Shown here piece after piece: positions 1 to 8,793 of a DNA stretch of 64,000 nt (positions are counted from its first letter, which is position 1; every line of letters begins with the position of its first letter). The notes below the pieces were generated by a model, which was given only the letters and a program-made list of their open reading frames with translations, was not told the origin of the DNA and searched no databases. The position numbers were made by a program, and so were the translations under genes. The DNA is taken from NCBI GenBank assembly GCA_913052485.1, contig CAJXDN010000002.1:13608-77607 (forward strand), written 5' to 3'. Origin of the DNA: an uncultured Flammeovirgaceae bacterium (lineage in GTDB: Bacteria; Bacteroidota; Bacteroidia; Cytophagales; MED-G16).

Positions 1-294
1 GATAAATTAGATAAAGGTATCATTCTTTGTAGAAGTAAGAAAGACAGACTTCCAGGAAAAATTCAAACTGTCAGACATAAACTTGAATACGGTGAGGCAA
101 CTATGCAGGTCCAAGAGGGAAAAGGGAAAGTTTTGATATTTGATGATGTTCTAGCAACCGGTGGAACTGCTAATGGTGCATTTAAAGTCCTAAGTCTTGG
201 AGGGTACACTCCAGTTTATTCTCTATTCTTAGTTGAATTATCTCAATTTACAGTAACATGTGATACGGAGTATAGCAGCGCATTAATTCTATAA
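1..294 (+). CDS. apt: Adenine phosphoribosyltransferase (5'-truncated by window edge)
   Basis: Frame is open from base 1: ...RSKKDRLPG...LEYG...VLIFDDVLATGGT, i.e. the PRPP-binding motif plus the APRT LEYG loop. Confidence 0.8.
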   Translation, partial: DKLDKGIILCRSKKDRLPGKIQTVRHKLEYGEATMQVQEGKGKVLIFDDVLATGGTANGAFKVLSLGGYTPVYSLFLVELSQFTVTCDTEYSSALIL

Positions 295-301
295 AATTAA
301 T

Positions 302-391
<90 letters not shown>

Positions 392-402
392 TTTTTGAAT
401 GG

Positions 403-410
403 CAAATATA
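403..410 (-). promoter_or_regulatory. Bacteroidota primary-sigma -7 element (TATATTTG) for tRNA-Ser
   Basis: Exact TAnnTTTG match 11 nt upstream of the tRNA 5' end. Confidence 0.65.
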
Positions 411-507
411 ATTACATCATTTTCTTGATATATATATTTTCGATTTTTTCTAATTGTGAAAAAGGGTTAAATACGTGTAAGAGTTTACATAAAAAAAATC
501 TAATAAT

Positions 508-515
508 TAGTTTTG
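508..515 (+). promoter_or_regulatory. -7 element TAGTTTTG for the vWA/TPR/purC run
   Basis: TAnnTTTG match 3 nt before the ATG at 519. Confidence 0.5.
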
Positions 516-518
516 CTT

Positions 519-1490
519 ATGAACTTACTAAAGTCATTTGGAGTAATTGAATCTTTAATAATACTATCTTTTATCATTACTTATCTGATTTATGCTATAA
601 GACTGTATAAAATCAATAAAAAAATAAAAGTTACAAGAAGCAGAGTTCTAAATAAGCTAATCTTAAGGTCTATTTATTTTAGTTTACTAATTATATCATT
701 GCTTGGACCTTCATTCGGAGAAAATCAAGAGAAAGTAGATATTGTTGGAAAAGATATAATGATTCTGGTTGATCTCTCAGAGTCAATGAATGCAGATGAT
801 ATAAAACCTACTAGACTCGAAAAAGTTAAATTTGAGGTGAAAAAAATAATAGATAATTTCTCAAGTGATAGGATAGGTATCATAATGTTTTCAGGAGAGG
901 CATTTATGCAATGTCCCATGACCTATGATAAGAATGCACTTAATTTATTCACTGAAACTTTAAATACAGGTTTAGTTCCAAGAACCGGAACAGATTTTGG
1001 GCCTGCTCTTGAACTTTCTTTGTCAAAACTTAATGATGAAAATTCCCAGTCATTGGAAACAAATTCTAAAGTAATAATTTTAATATCTGATGGTGAGGAT
1101 TTTGGAGATAATACCAATGAATCCTTGGATAATATAATTGAGTCAAACATAAAATTATTTACTGTTGGTGTAGGCAGCGAAAAAGGCAGTAAGATTTTAC
1201 TTGGAAATGGAAAATATAAAAAAGATAAAGATGGCGGTGTAGTTATCACAAAACTTAATCCGACATCGTTAAAAGAAACAGCAAAGGATACAGGTGGTAA
1301 ATATTTTGAAATTTCTAATATAAATAATGAGGTAGACGAGTTAATTTCAGAAATAAACAGCATTAAAGGAGATGTAATAGAGTCAAAAACCATCGATGTC
1401 ACAGTGAATAAATATTTTTACTTTCTTTTTACTGCATTACTTTTAATGATTATTGATTTTTCTATTAAATTGAAAATTATAAGGATATGA
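519..1490 (+). CDS. Membrane-anchored vWA domain protein (BatB/BatA-like)
   Basis: Two N-terminal TM segments, MIDAS motif DLSES, TRLEKVK, ISDGED, C-terminal TM. ATG 519 is preferred over TTG 513. Confidence 0.8.
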   Translation: MNLLKSFGVIESLIILSFIITYLIYAIRLYKINKKIKVTRSRVLNKLILRSIYFSLLIISLLGPSFGENQEKVDIVGKDIMILVDLSESMNADDIKPTRLEKVKFEVKKIIDNFSSDRIGIIMFSGEAFMQCPMTYDKNALNLFTETLNTGLVPRTGTDFGPALELSLSKLNDENSQSLETNSKVIILISDGEDFGDNTNESLDNIIESNIKLFTVGVGSEKGSKILLGNGKYKKDKDGGVVITKLNPTSLKETAKDTGGKYFEISNINNEVDELISEINSIKGDVIESKTIDVTVNKYFYFLFTALLLMIIDFSIKLKIIRI

Positions 1491-2233
1491 TTATTATAAT
1501 TAACATAATATTTTCTCTGATGTTATCAGAAAGGATAGATCAAATCAATAAATTGACAAAAGAGGCTGAAATCGCATTTAAAAACGAAGATTTTGCCGAG
1601 ACTATTGAAAAATACGAATTACTAATAGATTCATTTGATTTTTCCAATGAACAAGTATATTTAAACTTGGCACACTCACATTTATTATCGAAAGATACTT
1701 TAAAAGCCATTGAAAATTACAACTTTGCATCTCTTGCAGATAAATCTGAAATTAAATCAATAGCACTTCAGCAACTTGGAAATATTAGCGAGAAAAATAA
1801 TAAACTCGAGGATGCATTAAACTTTTATAAGGCATCAATTATTGCAGATACCAAGAATAATGACTCAAAATATAATTATGAGCTTGTAAAGAAGAAATTA
1901 AATAATAAAAAAGACCAGAAACAAAATAATAAAAATAATAAGTCTCAAAACGAAAAAAATAAAGACTCTTCAGAATCTAAAAAGAATGATAATAAAAGCC
2001 AAGATGATAAGAATAATAAAAAAGATAGCGAAGAAAAAAAAAGTGAGAATAAAGAAAATAATTCCAGTAAAAGTAATGAGGAATCATTAGAGGAAAAACT
2101 CAAAAAAATAAATATGAGTAAGAAGAAGGCAGAGATGATATTAGATGCACTCAACAATAATGAGTTCCAATATATTCAGCAGTTAAAAAGAAAATCAAAA
2201 AAGAAATTAGATAAAAATAAACCCGACTGGTAA
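1487..2233 (+). CDS. TPR protein (BatC-like)
   Basis: Signal peptide, TPR-like helices, KYNYEL motif, low-complexity K/N/E/S linker, C-terminal KPDW typical of BatC. Confidence 0.75.
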   Translation: MIIIINIIFSLMLSERIDQINKLTKEAEIAFKNEDFAETIEKYELLIDSFDFSNEQVYLNLAHSHLLSKDTLKAIENYNFASLADKSEIKSIALQQLGNISEKNNKLEDALNFYKASIIADTKNNDSKYNYELVKKKLNNKKDQKQNNKNNKSQNEKNKDSSESKKNDNKSQDDKNNKKDSEEKKSENKENNSSKSNEESLEEKLKKINMSKKKAEMILDALNNNEFQYIQQLKRKSKKKLDKNKPDW

Positions 2234-3168
2234 TGGTTAATTCTATATTTGAAACGGACTTTAATTTCAAAGGCCTAATATCAAGATACAAGGGAAAAGT
2301 TCGAGATGTCTATCATTTTAAAGATAAACTTGTTATGGTTGTAACTGATAGATTAAGTGCTTTTGATGTTGTCCTACCTAAACCGATACCATATAAGGGG
2401 CAAATTCTTAATCAAATTGCAGAAAAATTCTTAAAAATAACAGAAGATATCGTCCCAAACTGGGTCGAAAATGTACCAGATCCAAACGTTACAATTGGGA
2501 AAAAATGTGATACTTTCCCTGTAGAGATGGTGATAAGGGGTTATCTAACTGGCCACGCCTGGAGGGAATATAAAAATGGTAAGAGAGAAATCTGTGGAGA
2601 AAAGATGCCAGACGGAATGAGGGAACATGATAAATTTCCAGAGCCAATAATTACTCCTACAACAAAGGCAAAATTTGGACATGATTTAGATATTTCTAAA
2701 GATGAGATCATATCCTCAAAAATTGTAAAAAAGAAAGATTATGATCAACTCGAAAAATATACAAAATTATTATATGCAAAAGGGTGTGAATACGCAAACT
2801 CAAAAAATTTAATTTTAGTTGATACTAAATATGAATTTGGTAAAATAGATAAAGAAATTACTTTAATTGATGAAATTCATACCCCTGACTCCTCAAGATA
2901 CTTCTATGCTGACACTTACAAGGAACTACAAAAAAATAATCAAAACCAGAGACAACTCTCAAAAGAGTTTGTAAGAGAGTGGCTCATAAGTAATGGATTC
3001 CAAGGAAAAGATGGTCAAGAAATCCCAGAAATGACTGATAAAAAAATAAAATCAATCTCTGAAAGATATATTGAACTCTATGAAAATATTATCGGAGAAA
3101 AGTTTTTTAAAAGAAATACTGAAAATATGTTGAATGATATAAAATCGAATATTAAAATTGCATTATGA
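2233..3168 (+). CDS. purC: Phosphoribosylaminoimidazolesuccinocarboxamide (SAICAR) synthase
   Basis: GKVRDVY, DRLSAFD, VDTKYEFG, DEIHTPDSSR, LSKEFVR motifs. Confidence 0.96.
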   Translation: MVNSIFETDFNFKGLISRYKGKVRDVYHFKDKLVMVVTDRLSAFDVVLPKPIPYKGQILNQIAEKFLKITEDIVPNWVENVPDPNVTIGKKCDTFPVEMVIRGYLTGHAWREYKNGKREICGEKMPDGMREHDKFPEPIITPTTKAKFGHDLDISKDEIISSKIVKKKDYDQLEKYTKLLYAKGCEYANSKNLILVDTKYEFGKIDKEITLIDEIHTPDSSRYFYADTYKELQKNNQNQRQLSKEFVREWLISNGFQGKDGQEIPEMTDKKIKSISERYIELYENIIGEKFFKRNTENMLNDIKSNIKIAL

Positions 3169-3530
3169 AATACGAAATAGAAAAAAACGATTTGTACTAT
3201 ATTTTAACTCCTAAAGAAGAGAAAATAGATTCAGTACTTGCCCCATCTATGAAAGCTGATCTAATAACCTACGAAGTAGAGGGTGCAAAAAATATAATTT
3301 TAGATTTAAAAAATGTAAAATTCATGGATTCTTCTGGACTGAGTGCAATGTTAGTAGGAAATAGAACCTTCAGAGAAAAAAACTCATCTTTTATAATTTG
3401 TAATGTCAGTGAACATATTGAAAAAGTTTTAAAAATTTCGAAACTAGATACAGTTTTAGATATTTTACCTTCACTGCAAGAATCTATTGACTCCATTCAA
3501 CTCGATGAAATCGAAAAAGGTATGAATTAA
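3165..3530 (+). CDS. STAS domain anti-sigma-factor antagonist
   Basis: LDLKNVKFMDSSGLSAM motif with the phosphorylatable Ser. Confidence 0.88.
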   Translation: MKYEIEKNDLYYILTPKEEKIDSVLAPSMKADLITYEVEGAKNIILDLKNVKFMDSSGLSAMLVGNRTFREKNSSFIICNVSEHIEKVLKISKLDTVLDILPSLQESIDSIQLDEIEKGMN

Positions 3531-3539
3531 AGTTATTAA

Positions 3540-4295
3540 ATGAACCGCTTTGATTCAGAAGAGAGAAAAAAATTAAATAAAATATTTGTTGTCCTTTCGG
3601 GTGTTTTTATCACTAACGCAATAATAGCTGAAATTCTTGGCACTAAAATCTTTGATGTTTCTTTATATAAACAGTTTAGTTTATCTGTTGGGGTAATAAT
3701 TTGGCCCGTAGTTTTTATTAGTACTGATATTATTAATGAGTATTTTGGTAAAAAGGGAGTTAAGAGGGTAAGCTACTTTACCATTTTACTCGTAATTTAT
3801 GTATTTATTGTAATTTTTCTCTCAACAAAACTTACACCAAACTCTTATTGGCTAGATATTAACAAGACAGATGCAGATGGGAATCCATTTAATATTAATT
3901 TTGCATATAATGTAATATTTCTTCAAAGTACTGGAATTATTGTAGGTTCAGTAGTTGCTTTTTTAATTGCTCAGTTACTAGATGTATTTATTTTTCAAAA
4001 AATTAAGAAAATTACAAAGGGAAAATTAATATGGTTGAGAGCAACAGGATCAACCTTAATTTCACAACTCATTGATAGCTTTGTTGTACTAATAATTGCT
4101 TTTTATTTTCTCGCTCCAGACGGTAAGTCCTGGGAGATAAATCAGATTCTAAGTGTTGGTGTTGATAACTATACCTTTAAATTTTTTGTGGCAATATTAA
4201 TAACTCCGATGATATATTTATCTCATTTTACTATTGATAATTACCTTGGTAAGGAGCTTGCAAAAAAGGCTAAAGAGATTGCACTAAAAAATTAA
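3540..4295 (+). CDS. Queuosine precursor transporter (YhhQ/VUT family)
   Basis: Multi-TM protein with TDIINEYFG, AQLLDV and WLRATGSTLISQLIDS motifs. Confidence 0.88.
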   Translation: MNRFDSEERKKLNKIFVVLSGVFITNAIIAEILGTKIFDVSLYKQFSLSVGVIIWPVVFISTDIINEYFGKKGVKRVSYFTILLVIYVFIVIFLSTKLTPNSYWLDINKTDADGNPFNINFAYNVIFLQSTGIIVGSVVAFLIAQLLDVFIFQKIKKITKGKLIWLRATGSTLISQLIDSFVVLIIAFYFLAPDGKSWEINQILSVGVDNYTFKFFVAILITPMIYLSHFTIDNYLGKELAKKAKEIALKN

Positions 4296-4311
4296 ATTTT
4301 ATATTTACACT

Positions 4312-4554
4312 ATGAAAAGTACGTTTAGATTAATTTACAAATTCTTAGGGTTCATATTTTTATTTTTTTTACTGGGTACACTATTTGTATTTATTGAAAC
4401 TGTTATGATTGAAAATAATACTCAATCTTTCATAGATGAATCTGGTATTTTACAGAACAAATACGAAAAAAGTTTAATTCCTATAATAGCTTCTCTGGTC
4501 TGTTCTTATCTAATAATTTTTCAGATACCTTGGTTCAAAAAAAAGGAAATTTAG
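4312..4554 (+). CDS. Small hypothetical membrane protein (2 TM)
   Basis: 80-aa ORF filling the gap between genes, with two hydrophobic segments and an ATG start. Confidence 0.55.
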   Translation: MKSTFRLIYKFLGFIFLFFLLGTLFVFIETVMIENNTQSFIDESGILQNKYEKSLIPIIASLVCSYLIIFQIPWFKKKEI

Positions 4555-5282
4555 CTGTTTAAAAGATTATCTAGAATAATACCTGTAGATACTGATACAT
4601 TTAACGACTCTGCATCACCAAGCTTTTTAATACTTATCCAACTATCTACATAAGGTTCAAGTTGTTTACTTATCCCCCTTGACTCATTACCAAATAAAAT
4701 AATACCTTTCTTAAAATTTTTAGGAGTTACAAGTTTATTTTGATCCGATGTCGTTCCAATAATACTACAATTATTAGAGAAAACTTTTTCTAAGTCCTGA
4801 TAAAAGACATTAACTCTTGTAAAAGAACCCATACTTGACTGAATAACTTTTGGATTGTATAAATCAACACAATCTTTGGAACATATTATATTTTGAATGC
4901 CGAACCAGTCAGCATTTCTAATTATAGTACCAAAATTTCCTGGATCGTTTAGTGAATCTAAAGCGATAGATACTTTACCTAATTTCTTAAATGAAAAATC
5001 TTTTGATACAGATTTTACAACACAGAAACCATCCCTATTATTTTTCAATAGACTAAAATTATTGATATTATATTCATCTAAAACATAAACATTGTTTATA
5101 TCGAAAGAATTCTTATATTTTTCGAATATTTTTTTTGAAACTACTGTAAATATCACATTATATGATGAGTTTAATACTTCTAAAATACCTTTAATCCCCT
5201 CAACTAAAAAAAGATTTAATTCATCTCGTGTCTTCTTATATTTAAGTGATTTTATTAATTTAAGTTTTGCTTTAGATATCAT
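4551..5282 (-). CDS. TrmH/SpoU-family RNA methyltransferase
   Basis: DPGNFGTIIRNADWFG, GNESRG and AESLNVSV SPOUT motifs. Confidence 0.9.
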   Translation of the reverse strand: MISKAKLKLIKSLKYKKTRDELNLFLVEGIKGILEVLNSSYNVIFTVVSKKIFEKYKNSFDINNVYVLDEYNINNFSLLKNNRDGFCVVKSVSKDFSFKKLGKVSIALDSLNDPGNFGTIIRNADWFGIQNIICSKDCVDLYNPKVIQSSMGSFTRVNVFYQDLEKVFSNNCSIIGTTSDQNKLVTPKNFKKGIILFGNESRGISKQLEPYVDSWISIKKLGDAESLNVSVSTGIILDNLLNS

Positions 5283-5311
5283 TTCTAAATTTTAAATTAA
5301 ATTTAATCATA

Positions 5312-5854
5312 TTGTTACAACATATTGAAAATATAGATAGAGAGATCACTATTACCGTAAATAATTTGTCTCATAATTATTTAGATTATATCATGATTTT
5401 TTTAAGTAATAAATATGTTTGGATACCTCTCTACATTTACCTTATTTTCTTATTATGGAAATATGATAAGAAAAATTTTATAATAAATATTGTTATTTGT
5501 TCAGGTGCAGTTATAATTGCTGACTTTATAACAAGCTCTCTTATGAAGCCTTATTTTGAAAGACTGAGGCCATGTCAAGACAATTCAATGTTAGATTTAA
5601 TTAACGTTGTTTCTGGATGTGGAAAAAAGTTTAGTTTTGCATCATCACACGCTTCAACTACCTTCTCATTAGCTACTATTTTCTTTTATGTAACCAAGGG
5701 TGATATTAAACTTCTTTTTTTATGGAGTTTCTTAATTGGATATAGCAGAATTTATTTAGGAGTTCATTACTTTTTGGATGTTATTATTGGATTTTTGGTG
5801 GGCTTTTTAACTTCAGTGGTAATTTATCGTATATCAAAGAAATATTTAGCTTGA
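5312..5854 (+). CDS. PAP2-family phosphatase
   Basis: KxxxxRLRP, SFASSHA and SRIYLGVHY motifs. TTG start. Confidence 0.9.
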   Translation: MLQHIENIDREITITVNNLSHNYLDYIMIFLSNKYVWIPLYIYLIFLLWKYDKKNFIINIVICSGAVIIADFITSSLMKPYFERLRPCQDNSMLDLINVVSGCGKKFSFASSHASTTFSLATIFFYVTKGDIKLLFLWSFLIGYSRIYLGVHYFLDVIIGFLVGFLTSVVIYRISKKYLA

Positions 5855-6480
5855 AATTTTTTCCATTTTACATATTAATTCTACTCTTTTCATGTAATAA
5901 TTATACAAAAACATTACCAATTTACGGTAGACCAGAAATAGTAGAGAATAAAACTGATAATGATATCAGTTATGATACAATTCCTCACTCAGTTGAAGAT
6001 TTTCAATTCTTAAACCAGGACAGCATGATTGTTACTAACTCAACCTTTAGTAATTCGATTTATGTAGCTGACTTTTTTTTCACAACATGTCCTACAATAT
6101 GTCCTATTATGAAAAATAATATGATAAAAGTATATGAAAAGTACATTGATAATTCGAAGGTTAAATATCTTTCACATACTATTAACCCATTATATGATAA
6201 TGTTGAGATTCTATCTAGGTACTCTGAAAGACTAGATGTTGACTCTAATATTTGGCATTTTGTTACTGGAGACTTAGATGAAATATATGATATTGCTAAA
6301 AGTAGCTACATGGTAACTGCGATAGAAGATAAAAATGAACCGGGGGGCTTTCTACATAGTGGCGTGTTCTTACTAGTTGATAATAATAGGAATATTAGAG
6401 GTGTATATGATGGTACCGATATATCAGAAGTTAATAGATTAATTAATGAAATAGAGGTTTTACTAGAAACTACCTCTTAA
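5851..6480 (+). CDS. SCO-family copper chaperone lipoprotein
   Basis: Lipobox LFSC, FFTTCPTICP (CxxxC) and the conserved His in FLHSG. Confidence 0.9.
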   Translation: MKFFPFYILILLFSCNNYTKTLPIYGRPEIVENKTDNDISYDTIPHSVEDFQFLNQDSMIVTNSTFSNSIYVADFFFTTCPTICPIMKNNMIKVYEKYIDNSKVKYLSHTINPLYDNVEILSRYSERLDVDSNIWHFVTGDLDEIYDIAKSSYMVTAIEDKNEPGGFLHSGVFLLVDNNRNIRGVYDGTDISEVNRLINEIEVLLETTS

Positions 6481-7054
6481 TCATCTTACTAATATATTTA
6501 CCTACTAAGTCAAATTCAAGATTTACAAAATCACCACGTTCTATTAGATTAAAATTTGTTTTGTTGTAGGTGTGGGGAATAATTGCGACAGAAAACGTAT
6601 TGTTTTTTATATCGAAACAAGTCAAGCTCACTCCATTAATGCATATGCTACCCTTCTCTATTAAATAGTTCAAAAAACTAGCGGAAAACCTAAATCTATA
6701 TATCCAGCTATTTTTCTCATCAAGTTTATCAATACATTCAGCTGTATCGTCAACATGTCCCTGAACTAAATGACCATCGATTCTACCACCCATTTTCATA
6801 CTTCTTTCTAGATTAACTAATGAGCCAACCTCTAATCTTGAAAAATTTGATTTTTTTAGACTCTCTTTTATAACGGTTACCGAATGATTTTTTTTATTAC
6901 AATTAGTTATTGTTAGACAGACACCGTTATGACTAAGACTCTCATCAATTTTTAATTCCGAACTTATAGAGCTTGAAATAATTAAATCTAAATTATTTTT
7001 ATTTTTAGTAATTGACTCGACGACACCAGTTGTTTCAATAATTCCAGTAAACAT
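6470..7054 (-). CDS. ribE: Riboflavin synthase (alpha chain)
   Basis: MFTGII N-terminus, NGVCLT, GHLVQGHVD, VNLEFD. Confidence 0.96.
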   Translation of the reverse strand: MFTGIIETTGVVESITKNKNNLDLIISSSISSELKIDESLSHNGVCLTITNCNKKNHSVTVIKESLKKSNFSRLEVGSLVNLERSMKMGGRIDGHLVQGHVDDTAECIDKLDEKNSWIYRFRFSASFLNYLIEKGSICINGVSLTCFDIKNNTFSVAIIPHTYNKTNFNLIERGDFVNLEFDLVGKYISKMIKR

Positions 7055-7076
7055 TTTTTTAAATAATATTACTTTG

Positions 7077-7097
7077 CAAAAGTAAAAGTTAAATTTG
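7077..7097. promoter_or_regulatory. Back-to-back divergent -7 elements (TACTTTTG on - at 7077-7084; TAAATTTG on + at 7090-7097)
   Basis: Two TAnnTTTG matches, each facing its gene, in a 61-bp gap. Confidence 0.6.
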
Positions 7098-7115
7098 TGA
7101 GAAAAAATTTAATTC

Positions 7116-7631
7116 ATGAAAGATAAAAAAATTAACTGTAGTGATACTAAAGTTAGTATCAGCGAAATGGTATTACCAAATCACACCAATAATTTAAATA
7201 CTTTATTTGGAGGGAAGTTAATGTATTGGATGGATATGGCAGCTGGAATATGTGCATATAAGAATACCAAAAAAATTGCAGTTACAGCATCGGTTGATAA
7301 TATATCTTTTAAGTCTCCAGTATATAAAGGTGATATTGTAACAATTAATGCTTTCATAACAAGAGTTTTTAATTCCTCAATGGAGATTTTTCTAGAGGTC
7401 ACTACTCAGAATAGAAAAACAGGAGAGTCAATAGTTAGTAATAATGCATTTTTTACATTTGTTACACTAGATAAAAATAGCAAGCCGGTAAAATCAATAG
7501 AAGTAAAACCTAAAACAGATGAGGAAATTAAGTTATATGATGGAGCGCTCAGAAGAAGACAGCTCAGATTGATTTTAGCTGGTAAGATGAAGCCTGAAGA
7601 AGCTGAGGAATTAAAATCTATATTTAATTAA
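7116..7631 (+). CDS. Acyl-CoA thioesterase (hotdog fold, YciA-like)
   Basis: NTLFGGKLMYWMD, VTASVD and FFTFV motifs. Confidence 0.9.
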   Translation: MKDKKINCSDTKVSISEMVLPNHTNNLNTLFGGKLMYWMDMAAGICAYKNTKKIAVTASVDNISFKSPVYKGDIVTINAFITRVFNSSMEIFLEVTTQNRKTGESIVSNNAFFTFVTLDKNSKPVKSIEVKPKTDEEIKLYDGALRRRQLRLILAGKMKPEEAEELKSIFN

Positions 7632-8739
7632 AAATCTGATCTAACTTATTAAATAAATTAGGTCCTCTCAGCTCATTGTTTTTTGCAATGATTTTACCGC
7701 TAGGATCCAGTAGAAAAACACTAGGAATTCTATCAATATTGTAAAGAATGGCTGCCTCTGATTGATAATATTTTAGATCGGAAACATTTATCCATGGAAG
7801 TTTATCTTGTTTGATACCCCTAACCCAGTCATCTCTAGTCCTGTCAAGTGATACTTGATAGATCTCAAATCCTTTATCTTTAAATAAATTATAATTTCTG
7901 ACAATATTTGGGTTTTCCTCCCTACATGGCCTACACCATGCAGCCCAAAAATCTAATAGTACATACTCACCTCTTAGAGAAGATAAAGGTATTGGATTTC
8001 CAGTAGTATCATTTAAAATAATTTCTGGGGCTATACTTCCAACCGATACAGCTTTTAACTTAAGAAGGTTTTCTTCAAATTTTTTGAAGTAAGAGTTGGA
8101 ACTAAATTCATCATAATATCTAGAGTATATTGTTTCCCAAAAATTGATATTTTCTCCTATGGGCAAATAACTTGCTGATACGATAACTGCTAATGAATTA
8201 TCTAACTCCTTTAAAAATTCTTTTAGATATATTTCAAATTGATTTTTTTTAAAAGAGGCTTCTTCTCTGAGACTATTTATTTTTGAGATATCTTCTTCCT
8301 GACTAGCATCAAAAAAAGCTCTATTTAATTCTCTTACCTCGTCTCGATATAATCTTATTTCCTCTCCAATTTTATTTAGAATATCTGTATCATCAGAACC
8401 TTCAATTTTATAACTAAAATTTGATGGTTCATTATCAATATTGATATTTATATCACTTCTGTTAAGAATTAAATCTATACTACTTTTTCCTAACACATCA
8501 AGCCTATATAAAGACGCTTCACTATTAAAAACAATAAATTCTAACTTTTTTTCAATAAAATTTGCGTTCTGAAGAAGTTCAATTGAGTAATCAGAATTGA
8601 CTTTCTGCAATCTCACCTCCCCATTATTATTTTCCCCTTCTATATTAATTGTTATAGTTAATTCATTAGATGAATCATATGAAGTATTACACGACTGAAA
8701 TAAAATCAATATAAGTGAGAATATTATTAAATTTCTCAT
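7624..8739 (-). CDS. TlpA-family thiol-disulfide oxidoreductase lipoprotein
   Basis: Lipobox FQSC and a C-terminal DFWAAWCRPCREENP. Confidence 0.9.
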   Translation of the reverse strand: MRNLIIFSLILILFQSCNTSYDSSNELTITINIEGENNNGEVRLQKVNSDYSIELLQNANFIEKKLEFIVFNSEASLYRLDVLGKSSIDLILNRSDININIDNEPSNFSYKIEGSDDTDILNKIGEEIRLYRDEVRELNRAFFDASQEEDISKINSLREEASFKKNQFEIYLKEFLKELDNSLAVIVSASYLPIGENINFWETIYSRYYDEFSSNSYFKKFEENLLKLKAVSVGSIAPEIILNDTTGNPIPLSSLRGEYVLLDFWAAWCRPCREENPNIVRNYNLFKDKGFEIYQVSLDRTRDDWVRGIKQDKLPWINVSDLKYYQSEAAILYNIDRIPSVFLLDPSGKIIAKNNELRGPNLFNKLDQIFN

Positions 8740-8793
8740 AACATAAGCTTGCTGGAAAAGATTTACAATATCTATCTGGAACGTATAAAAATA

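Noticed and set aside
1897-2110. Low-complexity K/N/E/S/D tract as a tandem repeat
   Set aside because: It is the ordinary BatC-type disordered linker and has no exact repeat unit.
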